A stretch of 64,000 nt of DNA, from IMG/VR virus record IMGVR_UViG_3300027754_005988, positions 1 through 64,000 of that record, one strand, 5' to 3'. Numbering within the stretch: position 1 is the first letter of the stretch; every line of letters begins with the position of its first letter. The notes under the pieces are model-generated. The model was not told where the DNA came from. It saw only the letters and a list, made by a program, of their open reading frames with translations, and did no database searches. The position numbers and the translations under genes were made by a program. Positions 9,801 to 18,660 of this stretch are shown one piece after another. Source of the DNA: a virus.

Positions 9801-11593
9801 ACCTTGCCAAAGGTTCTCATTGGAAAACTAGTGGTGATGGTGGAAAAGAATTAGTTGGATTGGATGCAGTATTAGCCGAATTCAATGAAAACTATATGGA
9901 AGGTCGTATGGGGTTAGATATTGATGATATTTGTAATTCAACAATCAACTTTGCTCGTAAAAATTACGCTAATGATATTGGCGGTAAAATTAAACTTGTT
10001 GGTAACTCTGTTAAATCTAAAAAAATGTCAGTTTATATTGAAGAATTTTTAGGTAAAGCTATTCGTATGTTATTAGATGGTGATGGTTATTCATTTGTTA
10101 AGTATTATCATGAATATGTTGATAAGATTTATAATTATCAAATACCATTAGTTAAAATTGCATCTAAAGCTAAGGTTAAACTATCAATTTCTGATTATAA
10201 AAAGAAAGCAACACAAAAAAATAAAGCTGGTAACCCTATGCCTAAACAAGCACATATGGAATTGGCAATGAAAGATAACATAGATGTTACATTAGGAGAT
10301 GTTTTATATTATATCAATACAGGTAACGCTAAATCACATGGTGATTTAAAAACTATCGATAAGAATAAAATGTCAAAGAAAGAAAGAGATGCTTATTTTG
10401 CGTTAAATGGTTCTTATCCTCAGCCAATGAAAATTGTTGAACTTAATTGTAAACTAATTGAGCAAGATACCGTAGAACGTGATTTTGATTTATTGAAAGA
10501 ATTAAACATGTTAAGAGAAGCCATTTCAAAATTAGAAGAAGGTGAAAATGGTCGTGATGAAATGATAACAAGGATAAATGATATTAATAATCAACTATAC
10601 ACTGATGAATATAACGTTTCAAGATATTTGGATGCTTTTAATAAAAAAGTAAAACCATTGCTAGTTTGTTTTAATCCAGATATTCGTAGCAAAATATTAT
10701 TAGATATTGTTAAAACTAAAGATAAAGTAACAAAAAAAGTTACCGAGAAACTTAAAGATAGAAGCGTTTTTACACATTCAGAATGTGTGTTGGTATCTGG
10801 AATGCCTAATAAAGAAGCAGACCAAGATTTGTATGAAGATTTAATGAGAATGGAAGATAAAGAAATTAGATTCTGGGATAGCGTTAATATGGTTCCAAAT
10901 AATATGGAAGAAATAAAATGGGAAGAAATTAGACAAGATTGGAAACATAGAATTGAATTGGCTAAGATAGAAGGTATACAACAACAAAAAGATGCTTTAG
11001 ATGATATCTTTAAACATTTAGAACTTACTGATTTAAATTTAGTGTTATCAACTGGTAAATTACCTGTTGATGCATTTATTATCGCTGATGTTTCAGATGA
11101 TAATACTAGTTTAGTATCTAGAAAATGGGGTGAGATATTATGTCCTATTGGTGATATTTTTAAATATGAAAAACAGTCAATAGACAGAGATAATTATTAT
11201 AAATTAGTAGGTATAGAAAATACAGATAACCGATATGAAGAATACTTAAACTATTTAACAGAACAACAAGTATTAACTGGAGATACCATAACAATCGATT
11301 TTGAAGAACTATCTATAGATAAAAATACTTCTTTTGTTGAGCTGATTAAAGAAAATGCAAATCAAGCAATATCAATTAAATCTGGTGAACCAAAAAAGAA
11401 GAAAAAATTATCAGAAGGTGATGATGAAGATGATGAAATGGTAGAAGAAGAAGAAGATGAAAACGGAGATATGGTAAGGTCTGATGATGTTATTCAGTTA
11501 GATGATGATTTTGACGATACCTTTGGAGAAATACCAGATGATTATTCACCAATAGTAGAAATTAAAATAGAAGAAGATGAATGGGGATTCTAA
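6818..11593 (+). CDS. polB: Family B DNA polymerase with intein
   Basis: Exo motifs FDLETEG and IIAGYNSENFD; motif A KLDFAALYP; motif B KILANSWFGSYG; motif C VGD|TDG split by the intein; acidic C-terminal tail. Confidence 0.95.
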   Translation: MSQEKTSVSSKRIEEFLEGSDPQKYIVAVEASFNEPTVTLVINDPESGKYQEDHKFKPFLWFKEDITSVIYNGNRKKILEAGTKYGVRLKKLRTADSNGFSPSRMENGYKYIAICTKSYNSLINYFKEGGIDVFKEEYRTNFVMFSPVEQFMIQTGKRLFKGIDDYDGLHRFQFDLETEGLFASKNGIFQIGVRDNRGMDYLLENDGENYQEKRDSERIMIEKFFKIIDIVKPDIIAGYNSENFDWPFIFERAERLSIPITELAVTLNRLHKIKRKQATVKFGGETETYLQTSMYGYTIIDISHAVRRAMAINSEIKAWGLKYITQYSEIAKPNRVYVPGDKINSTWADKINKYAFNDTNGDWYMITDNKPLKEGYEIKGGDYIVQRYLSDDLWETEQIDNIFNQASFLIGKMLPTTYQRSSTMGTAGQWKLIMAAWSYENGLAIPETQKKRDFTGGLSRLLEVGYARNVVKLDFAALYPKIQLTHKIFPDLDITGMMEGTLTYIVDTRDHYKFLTGKEKKTYKDLEKKLKAEKDNLSKEEISQLKKEIDEHKALANLYDKKQLPLKILANSWFGSYGAPYIFNWGDTDSAEETTCRGRQYLRLMVSHFTEKHGFRALVGDSVTYDTPVYIRYSDGTLDIKPICDLFNDDSEFIDLDGLRDYEAKPFEVLTVNGWKNINYVYRHGTDKKIHRITTKDRLVNVTEDHSLFQNGIKIKPSTLNRGNSIDVYNKLDKFDSLSSLSEDQAWLYGFFLGDGSANCSDRKCKYVSKKTGETNINKGKRSDWKISNSRLDVLEKLKLILEKEFGLVGIIKDHMKSSGVYNLVVHKTEFTNSFCNDFYTSYREKKVPSFILNSNDTIKKVFLNGVCASDGYGDDLDNCSSIGMKSQVAMAGLSILFNELNIEYKIITRKDKQNFITFSLKNDNRNNSSFTNKTKKKTNEVWKNEVIINNDKNNFVYDISTEDGTFIGGIGLINLKNTDGFNFAFPDNIDNIKYLAKGSHWKTSGDGGKELVGLDAVLAEFNENYMEGRMGLDIDDICNSTINFARKNYANDIGGKIKLVGNSVKSKKMSVYIEEFLGKAIRMLLDGDGYSFVKYYHEYVDKIYNYQIPLVKIASKAKVKLSISDYKKKATQKNKAGNPMPKQAHMELAMKDNIDVTLGDVLYYINTGNAKSHGDLKTIDKNKMSKKERDAYFALNGSYPQPMKIVELNCKLIEQDTVERDFDLLKELNMLREAISKLEEGENGRDEMITRINDINNQLYTDEYNVSRYLDAFNKKVKPLLVCFNPDIRSKILLDIVKTKDKVTKKVTEKLKDRSVFTHSECVLVSGMPNKEADQDLYEDLMRMEDKEIRFWDSVNMVPNNMEEIKWEEIRQDWKHRIELAKIEGIQQQKDALDDIFKHLELTDLNLVLSTGKLPVDAFIIADVSDDNTSLVSRKWGEILCPIGDIFKYEKQSIDRDNYYKLVGIENTDNRYEEYLNYLTEQQVLTGDTITIDFEELSIDKNTSFVELIKENANQAISIKSGEPKKKKKLSEGDDEDDEMVEEEEDENGDMVRSDDVIQLDDDFDDTFGEIPDDYSPIVEIKIEEDEWGF
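8681..9751 (+). mobile_element. Intein (357 aa) with LAGLIDADG endonuclease, at the pol-c site
   Basis: Starts SVTYDTP, block B VTEDH, LAGLIDADG motifs YGFFLGDGS and FLNGVCASDG, ends LKN before T; removal restores GDTDG. Confidence 0.92.
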
Positions 11594-11598
11594 TAAAT

Positions 11599-11627
11599 AA
11601 AAAAGGAGCTATATAGCTCCTTTTTTT
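11599..11627. terminator. Bidirectional intrinsic terminator
   Basis: A6-GGAGCTATATAGCTCC-T7 between the convergent polB and neck genes. Confidence 0.85.
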
Positions 11628-11633
11628 ATTGTT

Positions 11634-12776
11634 TTAATATACCCAGAATCCCATAGGTCTGTAAGTTAGTGATTTATTTAAGAATTCGGCCTCATTTGCA
11701 CCTCTTTCTAATTGTTTTGTCGAAGATAATCTTTCAAGTCTAGTATCAAGTCTTTCTAATACAGCTTTCTTTTCTTCATTACCTTCTTGTATTAACGTTT
11801 CATAATCCATAGTTCTTTCAGCTTCTGGAGGGCCAACAACACCACCAAATTTACCCCTTGTTCTACCAAGTGTTTTCTTAGCTTCAGCTATAAATAATTG
11901 TCTTATAAGTGTTTTTGTTGGTTCATTGAAATCAGCATAATCTAATTTAGATAATGGAACCTGATTTGGCATTTTTATAATATCTGGATTATCTTTTCTA
12001 CAAGCATCAACATCTGAATTTGTTGTATCATAATAAAAATACCATACTTGACAACCAGTCATATTTATAGAACTACCTACACCGCCAATACCTTGTCCAA
12101 ATGATAATTTAGACCCAGGAACACTCAATAAATGTAATAATTTAGTACCATTAGGACCAGCAGTTATCTTATATACTAATTCACTTCTAACAATTCTATT
12201 TTTAAGATTCATATCGGCAGCAGTTAATAAAATATCAAACGCTGGTGCAATATAATAACCCATTCTAGAAAATCCAGCACCACCAGTACCAGTACCACCA
12301 CCAGTTTGTGCAAATCCACCACCAAATCCGTAATCAATACCACCATAATTAGCCAATAAAGCTTGACTAGTAGCTGGTGGTGTTATCCATAAGACTTCAT
12401 TAACTTCACGACCAGCTGGTATTTGATAAACTTGTCTACCTGCTTCTAATTCAACGTAATCTTTTTTAAGTTCCCATGGTCCATTTGTTTGTAACCCTAC
12501 TTGTTTGGAATATGCATAAGTGTATTGTGTCATGAAATCAAAACTTCTAACACTCAATGCAAAAGCCATGTCTATATTATCAACATTATTACCTAATAAT
12601 GATTGCCATTGATGTTCAATCAACCATTCTTGTACATACTGTGCGTAGTCTTCTATACAAATTTCTAAAAGAGTACATAGCATTTCGTCCAATACTTCAA
12701 TTTGACGTATTGGTGCACCAACTGAATGTCTAAATTGGCGAAATAATTTTTCTTTTTCTTCATTACTAACAGCCAT
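11634..12776 (-). CDS. Neck protein (T4 gp13-like)
   Basis: The raw sequence places this ORF on the minus strand (CAT at 12774-12776; reverse complement reads MAVSNEEKEK). N-terminal FRHSVGAPIRQIEVLDEML..ICIEDY resembles gp13 LRRLGAPIINVE. Confidence 0.7.
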   Translation of the reverse strand: MAVSNEEKEKLFRQFRHSVGAPIRQIEVLDEMLCTLLEICIEDYAQYVQEWLIEHQWQSLLGNNVDNIDMAFALSVRSFDFMTQYTYAYSKQVGLQTNGPWELKKDYVELEAGRQVYQIPAGREVNEVLWITPPATSQALLANYGGIDYGFGGGFAQTGGGTGTGGAGFSRMGYYIAPAFDILLTAADMNLKNRIVRSELVYKITAGPNGTKLLHLLSVPGSKLSFGQGIGGVGSSINMTGCQVWYFYYDTTNSDVDACRKDNPDIIKMPNQVPLSKLDYADFNEPTKTLIRQLFIAEAKKTLGRTRGKFGGVVGPPEAERTMDYETLIQEGNEEKKAVLERLDTRLERLSSTKQLERGANEAEFLNKSLTYRPMGFWVY

Positions 12777-12857
12777 AAGTCTATTTATTTTATTATAAAT
12801 ATTTGTATAATTAGGTTTATATTAGTATTTTTACAAATATTTATAAAAACGGTTAAA

Positions 12858-14315
12858 ATGATTAAGAAAACAACAAATGAGTTTATTGCATTATGTTCAT
12901 TAAAACATAATAACAAATATGATTACTCACTTGTTGAATACAAAGGTGTTAGCCATAAAGTTAAAATAATTTGTGGTGAGCATGGTGAGTTTGAAAAAAC
13001 AGCAAGAGACCATACTAATGGACAAGGTTGTCCTAAATGCTCTAAAAAAGAAAAGTATTTAAATTATAAATTATCAAAAGAAGATTTAATTTATTCTTTT
13101 AATAAAAAACATGATAATAAATATGATTATTCTTTTGTTGATTATGTTAACCTAAAAACAAATATTAAAATTATATGTCCAATACATGGAGTTTTTGAAC
13201 AAAGACCAGATGTTCATTTAAACGGTGAAGGTTGTAATAAATGTTATTTAATAGCTAGAGGATTAAATGATAGGTTAACAACAAAACAATTTATTGAAAA
13301 AGCTATCGAATTACATGGTGATGTATATGATTACACACAAACGATATATACAAAAAACACAAATTACATAGATATTATATGTAAAAAACATGGTGTTTTC
13401 TCACAAATGGCTCAAGCACATTTACATGGTTCTAGTTGTCAAAAATGTTCATTAATAACGACTAAACCAGAAATTGATTTAGCAAATTGGCTTAATGATT
13501 TAAATATTTCTATTAAAACAAGTAATAGAACAATCTTAAATGGTAAAGAATTAGACATATACATACCATCTCATAATTTAGCTATTGAATACGATGGGCT
13601 ATACTGGCATTCTGAAAAACATATAGATAAAGATTATCATATAAATAAAACTATTGAATGTGAAAAACAAGGTATACATTTAATACATATATTTGAGGAT
13701 GAATGGTTAAACAAAAAAGATATTGTTAAATCTAGATTACAAAACATACTTGGACTAACACCTAATAAATTATATGCTAGAAAAACAGTAATAAAAGAAA
13801 TATCAAGCGAAAAATCTAAAGAATTTTTAGATAATAACCACATACAAGGTAATGTTAACTCTAAAATAAAATTAGGGTTATATTACAATGATGAATTGGT
13901 ATCATTAATGACATTAGGTCTATTGAGAAAATCAATGGGTGCAACTAATGTAGATGGTTCTTATGAACTACTTAGATTCTGTAATAAATTAAACACAAAT
14001 GTTATTGGTGGTGCTGGTAAGTTACTTAAACACTTCATTAAAACATATAAACCTATTGAAATTATTAGTTACGCTGATAAACGATGGAGTAAAGGTGATT
14101 TGTATGAGAAATTAGGTTTTAAGTTTATCCATGATTCAAAACCAAACTATTGGTATCTAATTGGTAACAATAGGGAATATAGATTCAAATACAGAAAAGA
14201 TATTCTAGTTAAAGAAGGATATGACCCTTCTAAAACCGAACATCAGATTATGTTAGGTAGAGGTATATATAGGATATATGATTGTGGTAACAAAAAATAT
14301 ACCCTATCTATTTAA
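12858..14315 (+). CDS. Free-standing endonuclease: three Zn-binding DUF723-like repeats, a Vsr/DUF559-type nuclease and a Mom-like GNAT domain
   Basis: Three KYDY..IIC..HG.F....H..G..C.KC repeats; KELDIYIP..AIEYDGLYWH; C-terminal NNHIQG..YELLRF..ISYADKRW..DLYEKLGF. Confidence 0.75.
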   Translation: MIKKTTNEFIALCSLKHNNKYDYSLVEYKGVSHKVKIICGEHGEFEKTARDHTNGQGCPKCSKKEKYLNYKLSKEDLIYSFNKKHDNKYDYSFVDYVNLKTNIKIICPIHGVFEQRPDVHLNGEGCNKCYLIARGLNDRLTTKQFIEKAIELHGDVYDYTQTIYTKNTNYIDIICKKHGVFSQMAQAHLHGSSCQKCSLITTKPEIDLANWLNDLNISIKTSNRTILNGKELDIYIPSHNLAIEYDGLYWHSEKHIDKDYHINKTIECEKQGIHLIHIFEDEWLNKKDIVKSRLQNILGLTPNKLYARKTVIKEISSEKSKEFLDNNHIQGNVNSKIKLGLYYNDELVSLMTLGLLRKSMGATNVDGSYELLRFCNKLNTNVIGGAGKLLKHFIKTYKPIEIISYADKRWSKGDLYEKLGFKFIHDSKPNYWYLIGNNREYRFKYRKDILVKEGYDPSKTEHQIMLGRGIYRIYDCGNKKYTLSI

Positions 14316-14566
14316 CCTAAAAATTTCTTTGTTAAATCAGCAGCTTCACGAATGGATTGAAAACTTATGTTAGGTACGAGTAATTGTTTACCAACTTTAA
14401 CAATAGGAACAGAATCTGATTCAGTTATTTTTTGTATTTTATCAAATTCTTTTTCATTTTCTTCTAAATTGACATTCACATCAATAAATTCAATTCCTTC
14501 ATTAGTTAGAATTTCTTTTAATTCTGAACAATAAGGACAATCAGGTATACTATATATCTTAACCAT
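14312..14566 (-). CDS. Glutaredoxin (NrdH/Grx-like)
   Basis: CPYC active site and SVP cis-Pro loop; the likely start is the second Met (14566), 1 nt after the helicase stop. Confidence 0.9.
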   Translation of the reverse strand: MVKIYSIPDCPYCSELKEILTNEGIEFIDVNVNLEENEKEFDKIQKITESDSVPIVKVGKQLLVPNISFQSIREAADLTKKFLG

Positions 14567-14567
14567 T

Positions 14568-17519
14568 TTAATCATTATTTATATTATCTATCATTTTGAT
14601 AGTTATTTCTTCTTCTGTTAATTTATTATCACCCATAATGGTGTTAATTATATCTTTTTTGTTATTTAACATATTCCACATTCTTGTTGATATAGTATCT
14701 ACAAATAATTGATAATATACGTTTACATCATTCTTCTGCCCAATCCTAAACGACCTATCTTCTGCCTGCTCATTTGAGCCAGGAACCCAATCAAATGAAT
14801 TAAAAATAACAACCGTAGCTTCAGTTAATGTTATACCAACACCTGCCGATTTTATGTTACCAATAAATACTTTAATCTTTGGATTATTTTGAAACGAATC
14901 CACAGATTTCTGCTTAGCATTCATAGTCATTGGGCCATTATGTTTTACAGCCAATTTACCAAAATGCTCACTTAAAGCCTCTAATTCTTCAGTAAACGAT
15001 GTGAAAACAATTACTTTCCTACCCATTTCAATAGCATTCTCAACCATTTCTATAGTATTAGGAATAGCCGCCATAGCTATGAACTTTCTTAATAATATCA
15101 ATTCAACCAAATCCTTTTGAGATTCAAGCGATTTCTTACCCTCAGCCTTTCTTTTCTCCATGTAATCATCCCAAAGTTGGTCATACATCTTCCAACCCTT
15201 AAGGTCTAACCTATGATACATTGGCGTAACTACTTTATCTGGCATATCTAATACATCTGTCTTAAGCCTCCTTAAAATAATGTTTTTTGTTTTTGCTGCT
15301 AACTCCTCTAAATTACTAGCACCATCAGTTAACCATATCTGCTTTCTTTGCCCGTTTTTAAGCGTTCTCATGAACTGTTTACCATCACAATACCTAACAG
15401 CATAATGCTTCCAATTATCTGCAATAGGTGACTTAATAATCTTTAATAAATTAAAGAAATCCATAGGCCTATTTGCAACTGGTGTTCCAGTAAGTAACCA
15501 TACTTTAGGTATGTTATGTTTAACACTTAATTCAACCATAATCTTACCACGAATACTTTCATGATTTTTAAGATAATGAGCCTCATCAACAATTGCTAAA
15601 TCAAAATTACAATTAGCCAAATCCCTAAATAAAACCTGTTGCACTTCACCCTCTTTTCTCTTCTTATTATCTGGTAATGTATGAAAGTTTTTAAGAATGT
15701 CAAAATTTATTATCGTAAACTTAGCCTTTTTAAAATTCTTACCATCAATTATTGCAGTATCATCACAAAAAACATTTATCTCACGTTCCCAATTTATCTT
15801 TGTTGATGAAGGACATACAACCAATATGTTTTTAGCATCACTTTCTAATGCAGCTATTATTGATTGTGTCGTATTATGTGTTACTATTGCATGTTCAGTC
15901 ACATATAACTTATCTGGTGCATCAACAGCAATACAAACAGAATCACCTTGACCACAAGGTTCAATATTTTTAATATATCTACCTATTTTATATTTTGCTG
16001 GTATGTTGTATGAATCAGCTTTACGTTTAAGTCTAAACGGATTAAATTGTTCTGGCATTTTAATATTTAACCTATAAGCTTTTTTACAGATAACTTTAGT
16101 ACCATCTTCTTTTTTATAAGAACCTATCTTACTTTTCTTTCTAACGATACCACCCAAAGAATGTACAATCTCTGCAACATCATCAGCCAATTTTTCAGAT
16201 ACAGTACAATACTCAGTACCATTAAACTCACCATTACTTGATTTCATACAATGACCATCAGTATCCATAAGACCTTGTAATATCGCAAGTCTGTTTTCAA
16301 TACTAGAATATTTGTATATATCTGGAATAAATTTTGTATCTGAACGTGTGTGTTCTAATTTTAAATCTTTTATATCAGAACTATGATTATTGATATAAGC
16401 TTTTCTTTTATTACCATCAGTTTTATGTTCAGTTAATAAAATACCTTCAAATAATTCATCAAAATCATCTTTATGTAATTGGATGGTAATTGCTGAAGAC
16501 TTTGTAAAATGACCATCACCTAGAGATAAACCTAATAAATAAGGTTCAATAGGTAAAGTATCATTATTTTCAAACTCAATTGGTTTAACAATTGGTATTT
16601 GCCATTTAGAATCACCATTTTTTTGTTTATAATATGTTTTAAACTTGTAAGGTCTTTTTTCATTCCAACAAGTACCAATTTGTTCTAAAACCAAGTTTTC
16701 ATCTAACATTTGCTCAACACTAAGTGTTATATATCTATTTTCCCTATTTTTAGAATTTTCACCAGAATTATTTGACGATACACTCCATAAATGTTCTTTC
16801 CCAACCAAAATACTATACCCATCATTAAATGTGACTTCATATAAGTCTTTAACACCTTGTGGATATACACCTATAATATTACACGCTTTACCATTTGAAC
16901 CAATAATTTGGTCACCAACTTTTAAATTACCAATTTTACGTCTACCATTTGGTGTAAATACTTGATTACTAGTTACCTCTAATTTACCCAAACCCATGTC
17001 GTCAGCTAATATACAACCATTTCTAGACAGTAGGAATTTAACACCTTCTTCTTGGTGGTTATAAAGTTTTTTATTTTGTTTAGCTAGGGTATTGTTATAT
17101 GGTGTAAAATCTACATCTATATTTATTTCTTCGAAGTATGGGTCATCGGTTACTTGTGTTTTTGGTAACCAGTACATTTTAGATTCTTTTTGGTTTCTAT
17201 TTAGTTTACCGTATATGTGATATGTTTTATCAGTTTCCGCTAGGATAAATTCGATAAGAATTCTTTGTGGTACGAATGATAATCCGTCTTGTTTTTGTAG
17301 TTCTAGGCCTAGGTATTCGGTTATACCGATAACACGATTGATATGTTGTGGTTCTCTATCGTGGTTATCTATTATATATTTGGACTGATTTTCGGTCAGT
17401 ATTAATTTTTTAGTTTTTAGATATTCATTCTTAAGTTTTATTAGATATGGGTTAATACCGTTATATTTTTCTAATAATGAAAGAGCTGAATGGCCTTTTA
17501 AATCGTCAAGGTTTATCAA
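14568..17519 (-). CDS. SNF2/SMARCAL1-like SF2 helicase with intein
   Basis: TTG start; LADDMGLGK|T, IVDEAH, LLTGTP, VGITL and QAEDRSFRIGQ motifs. Confidence 0.92.
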   Translation of the reverse strand: MINLDDLKGHSALSLLEKYNGINPYLIKLKNEYLKTKKLILTENQSKYIIDNHDREPQHINRVIGITEYLGLELQKQDGLSFVPQRILIEFILAETDKTYHIYGKLNRNQKESKMYWLPKTQVTDDPYFEEINIDVDFTPYNNTLAKQNKKLYNHQEEGVKFLLSRNGCILADDMGLGKLEVTSNQVFTPNGRRKIGNLKVGDQIIGSNGKACNIIGVYPQGVKDLYEVTFNDGYSILVGKEHLWSVSSNNSGENSKNRENRYITLSVEQMLDENLVLEQIGTCWNEKRPYKFKTYYKQKNGDSKWQIPIVKPIEFENNDTLPIEPYLLGLSLGDGHFTKSSAITIQLHKDDFDELFEGILLTEHKTDGNKRKAYINNHSSDIKDLKLEHTRSDTKFIPDIYKYSSIENRLAILQGLMDTDGHCMKSSNGEFNGTEYCTVSEKLADDVAEIVHSLGGIVRKKSKIGSYKKEDGTKVICKKAYRLNIKMPEQFNPFRLKRKADSYNIPAKYKIGRYIKNIEPCGQGDSVCIAVDAPDKLYVTEHAIVTHNTTQSIIAALESDAKNILVVCPSSTKINWEREINVFCDDTAIIDGKNFKKAKFTIINFDILKNFHTLPDNKKRKEGEVQQVLFRDLANCNFDLAIVDEAHYLKNHESIRGKIMVELSVKHNIPKVWLLTGTPVANRPMDFFNLLKIIKSPIADNWKHYAVRYCDGKQFMRTLKNGQRKQIWLTDGASNLEELAAKTKNIILRRLKTDVLDMPDKVVTPMYHRLDLKGWKMYDQLWDDYMEKRKAEGKKSLESQKDLVELILLRKFIAMAAIPNTIEMVENAIEMGRKVIVFTSFTEELEALSEHFGKLAVKHNGPMTMNAKQKSVDSFQNNPKIKVFIGNIKSAGVGITLTEATVVIFNSFDWVPGSNEQAEDRSFRIGQKNDVNVYYQLFVDTISTRMWNMLNNKKDIINTIMGDNKLTEEEITIKMIDNINND
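15873..16982 (-). mobile_element. Class 3-type intein (370 aa) with LAGLIDADG endonuclease, in Walker A
   Basis: Starts LEVTSNQ; block B EHLW, block F SVCIAV, block G VTHN before T; LAGLIDADG motifs LLGLSLGDG and LQGLMDTDG; removal restores GLGKT. Confidence 0.88.
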
Positions 17520-17540
17520 AATAATTTATTTTTATATATC

Positions 17541-17580
17541 TATTATATTTAAATATAATAAATTTTTTCAATAAAATCAA
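17541..17580 (-). promoter_or_regulatory. Near-consensus promoter for the helicase, overlapped by a 20-bp palindrome
   Basis: Minus strand TTG (17578-17580), 20-nt spacer, TATATTTA (17550-17557); palindrome TATTATATTTAAATATAATA at 17541-17560. Confidence 0.45.
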
Positions 17581-17627
17581 TAGTTTATTGGTTATTATTC
17601 AAAAGATAAATATTTATAATAAAAGTC

Positions 17628-18659
17628 ATGGAAAATAATAAAATAACACCTATCACTAGAATCAATAAAGAATTCCAACTGTACGGTCTTTATTGTCCAT
17701 GTAGTGGTGAATTGAGATATATTGGCATAACAACTGGATTATTATCAACAAGATTGTCTGGTCATTTAAGTAATCCAACAAATGGTAAAATAGCTTTATG
17801 GTTTAAAGAATTAAAAAAAAATAATAAAAAACCATTGATTAAATTAATTAATAGATATAATTCATACGAAGAATTATTAACAAGCGAAATTAATGAAATA
17901 AAAAGAGGTAGAGAATCTTCAACAGATTTATTAAACGTTGCTGATGGTGGCGATATAAACCCTATGTTTGGTAAAACACATACTGAAGAATCTAGATTAA
18001 AAATTTCATTAAACAATAAGGGGTTGAAAAGGTCTAAAGAACAAAACGAACAAAGAAAAGAGTTATTAACTAAATTATGGGGTAGTGAAGAATGGTCTAA
18101 TAATTTAAAAACTAAAATGAGTGAAAATATGTTAGGTAATAAAAGAGCGTTAGGTTTTAAACACTCTGAAGAAACTAAATTATTAATTAGTGATTTACAT
18201 AAAGGTAATAAATACAGTCTAGGTTACAAACATGGATTAGAAACACTAAAAAAAATGAGTGAAAATAATTCTGGTGAAAATAACCCTATGTACGGTAAAA
18301 CTTTATCAAAAGAAGTGTTATTAAAAAGAAGTGAAAAAGTGAAAAGAGAAGGAACATTTAAAGGTGAAAACAATCCAAATTTTAAATTTAAAATAGGTAA
18401 AGAAGAATTATATTATTTATACATAACAAAAAATTTAAATATTGATGATATTTCTAAAGTGTATGGTTGCCATAGGACAGTTATTTCTGATAACATTAAA
18501 AAACATAACATAAAAAAAGAGGTGTCAAATAAATACAATATTAACTTAGACGATATTAAAAATTATTTATTAAATGGGTTATCACAAGTTGATATTGCAA
18601 GTATTTATGGTTGTAGTAATAAATACATCAATAAAATAATAATAAATAAAATAAATTAA
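17628..18659 (+). CDS. GIY-YIG homing endonuclease with NUMOD3 repeats and C-terminal HTH-like segments
   Basis: LYGLYCP..RYIGIT; NPMFGKTHTEESRLKIS and NPMYGKTLSKE; the first 14 aa duplicate the N-terminus of the downstream gene. Confidence 0.85.
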   Translation: MENNKITPITRINKEFQLYGLYCPCSGELRYIGITTGLLSTRLSGHLSNPTNGKIALWFKELKKNNKKPLIKLINRYNSYEELLTSEINEIKRGRESSTDLLNVADGGDINPMFGKTHTEESRLKISLNNKGLKRSKEQNEQRKELLTKLWGSEEWSNNLKTKMSENMLGNKRALGFKHSEETKLLISDLHKGNKYSLGYKHGLETLKKMSENNSGENNPMYGKTLSKEVLLKRSEKVKREGTFKGENNPNFKFKIGKEELYYLYITKNLNIDDISKVYGCHRTVISDNIKKHNIKKEVSNKYNINLDDIKNYLLNGLSQVDIASIYGCSNKYINKIIINKIN

Positions 18660-18660
18660 T

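Noticed and set aside
17628-18660. Group I intron or ribosomal bypass removing the GIY-YIG ORF
   Set aside because: The ORF fills the whole interval and the next ATG follows 1 nt after its stop, leaving no room for a ribozyme core; no matched take-off and landing codons; the downstream gene has its own start
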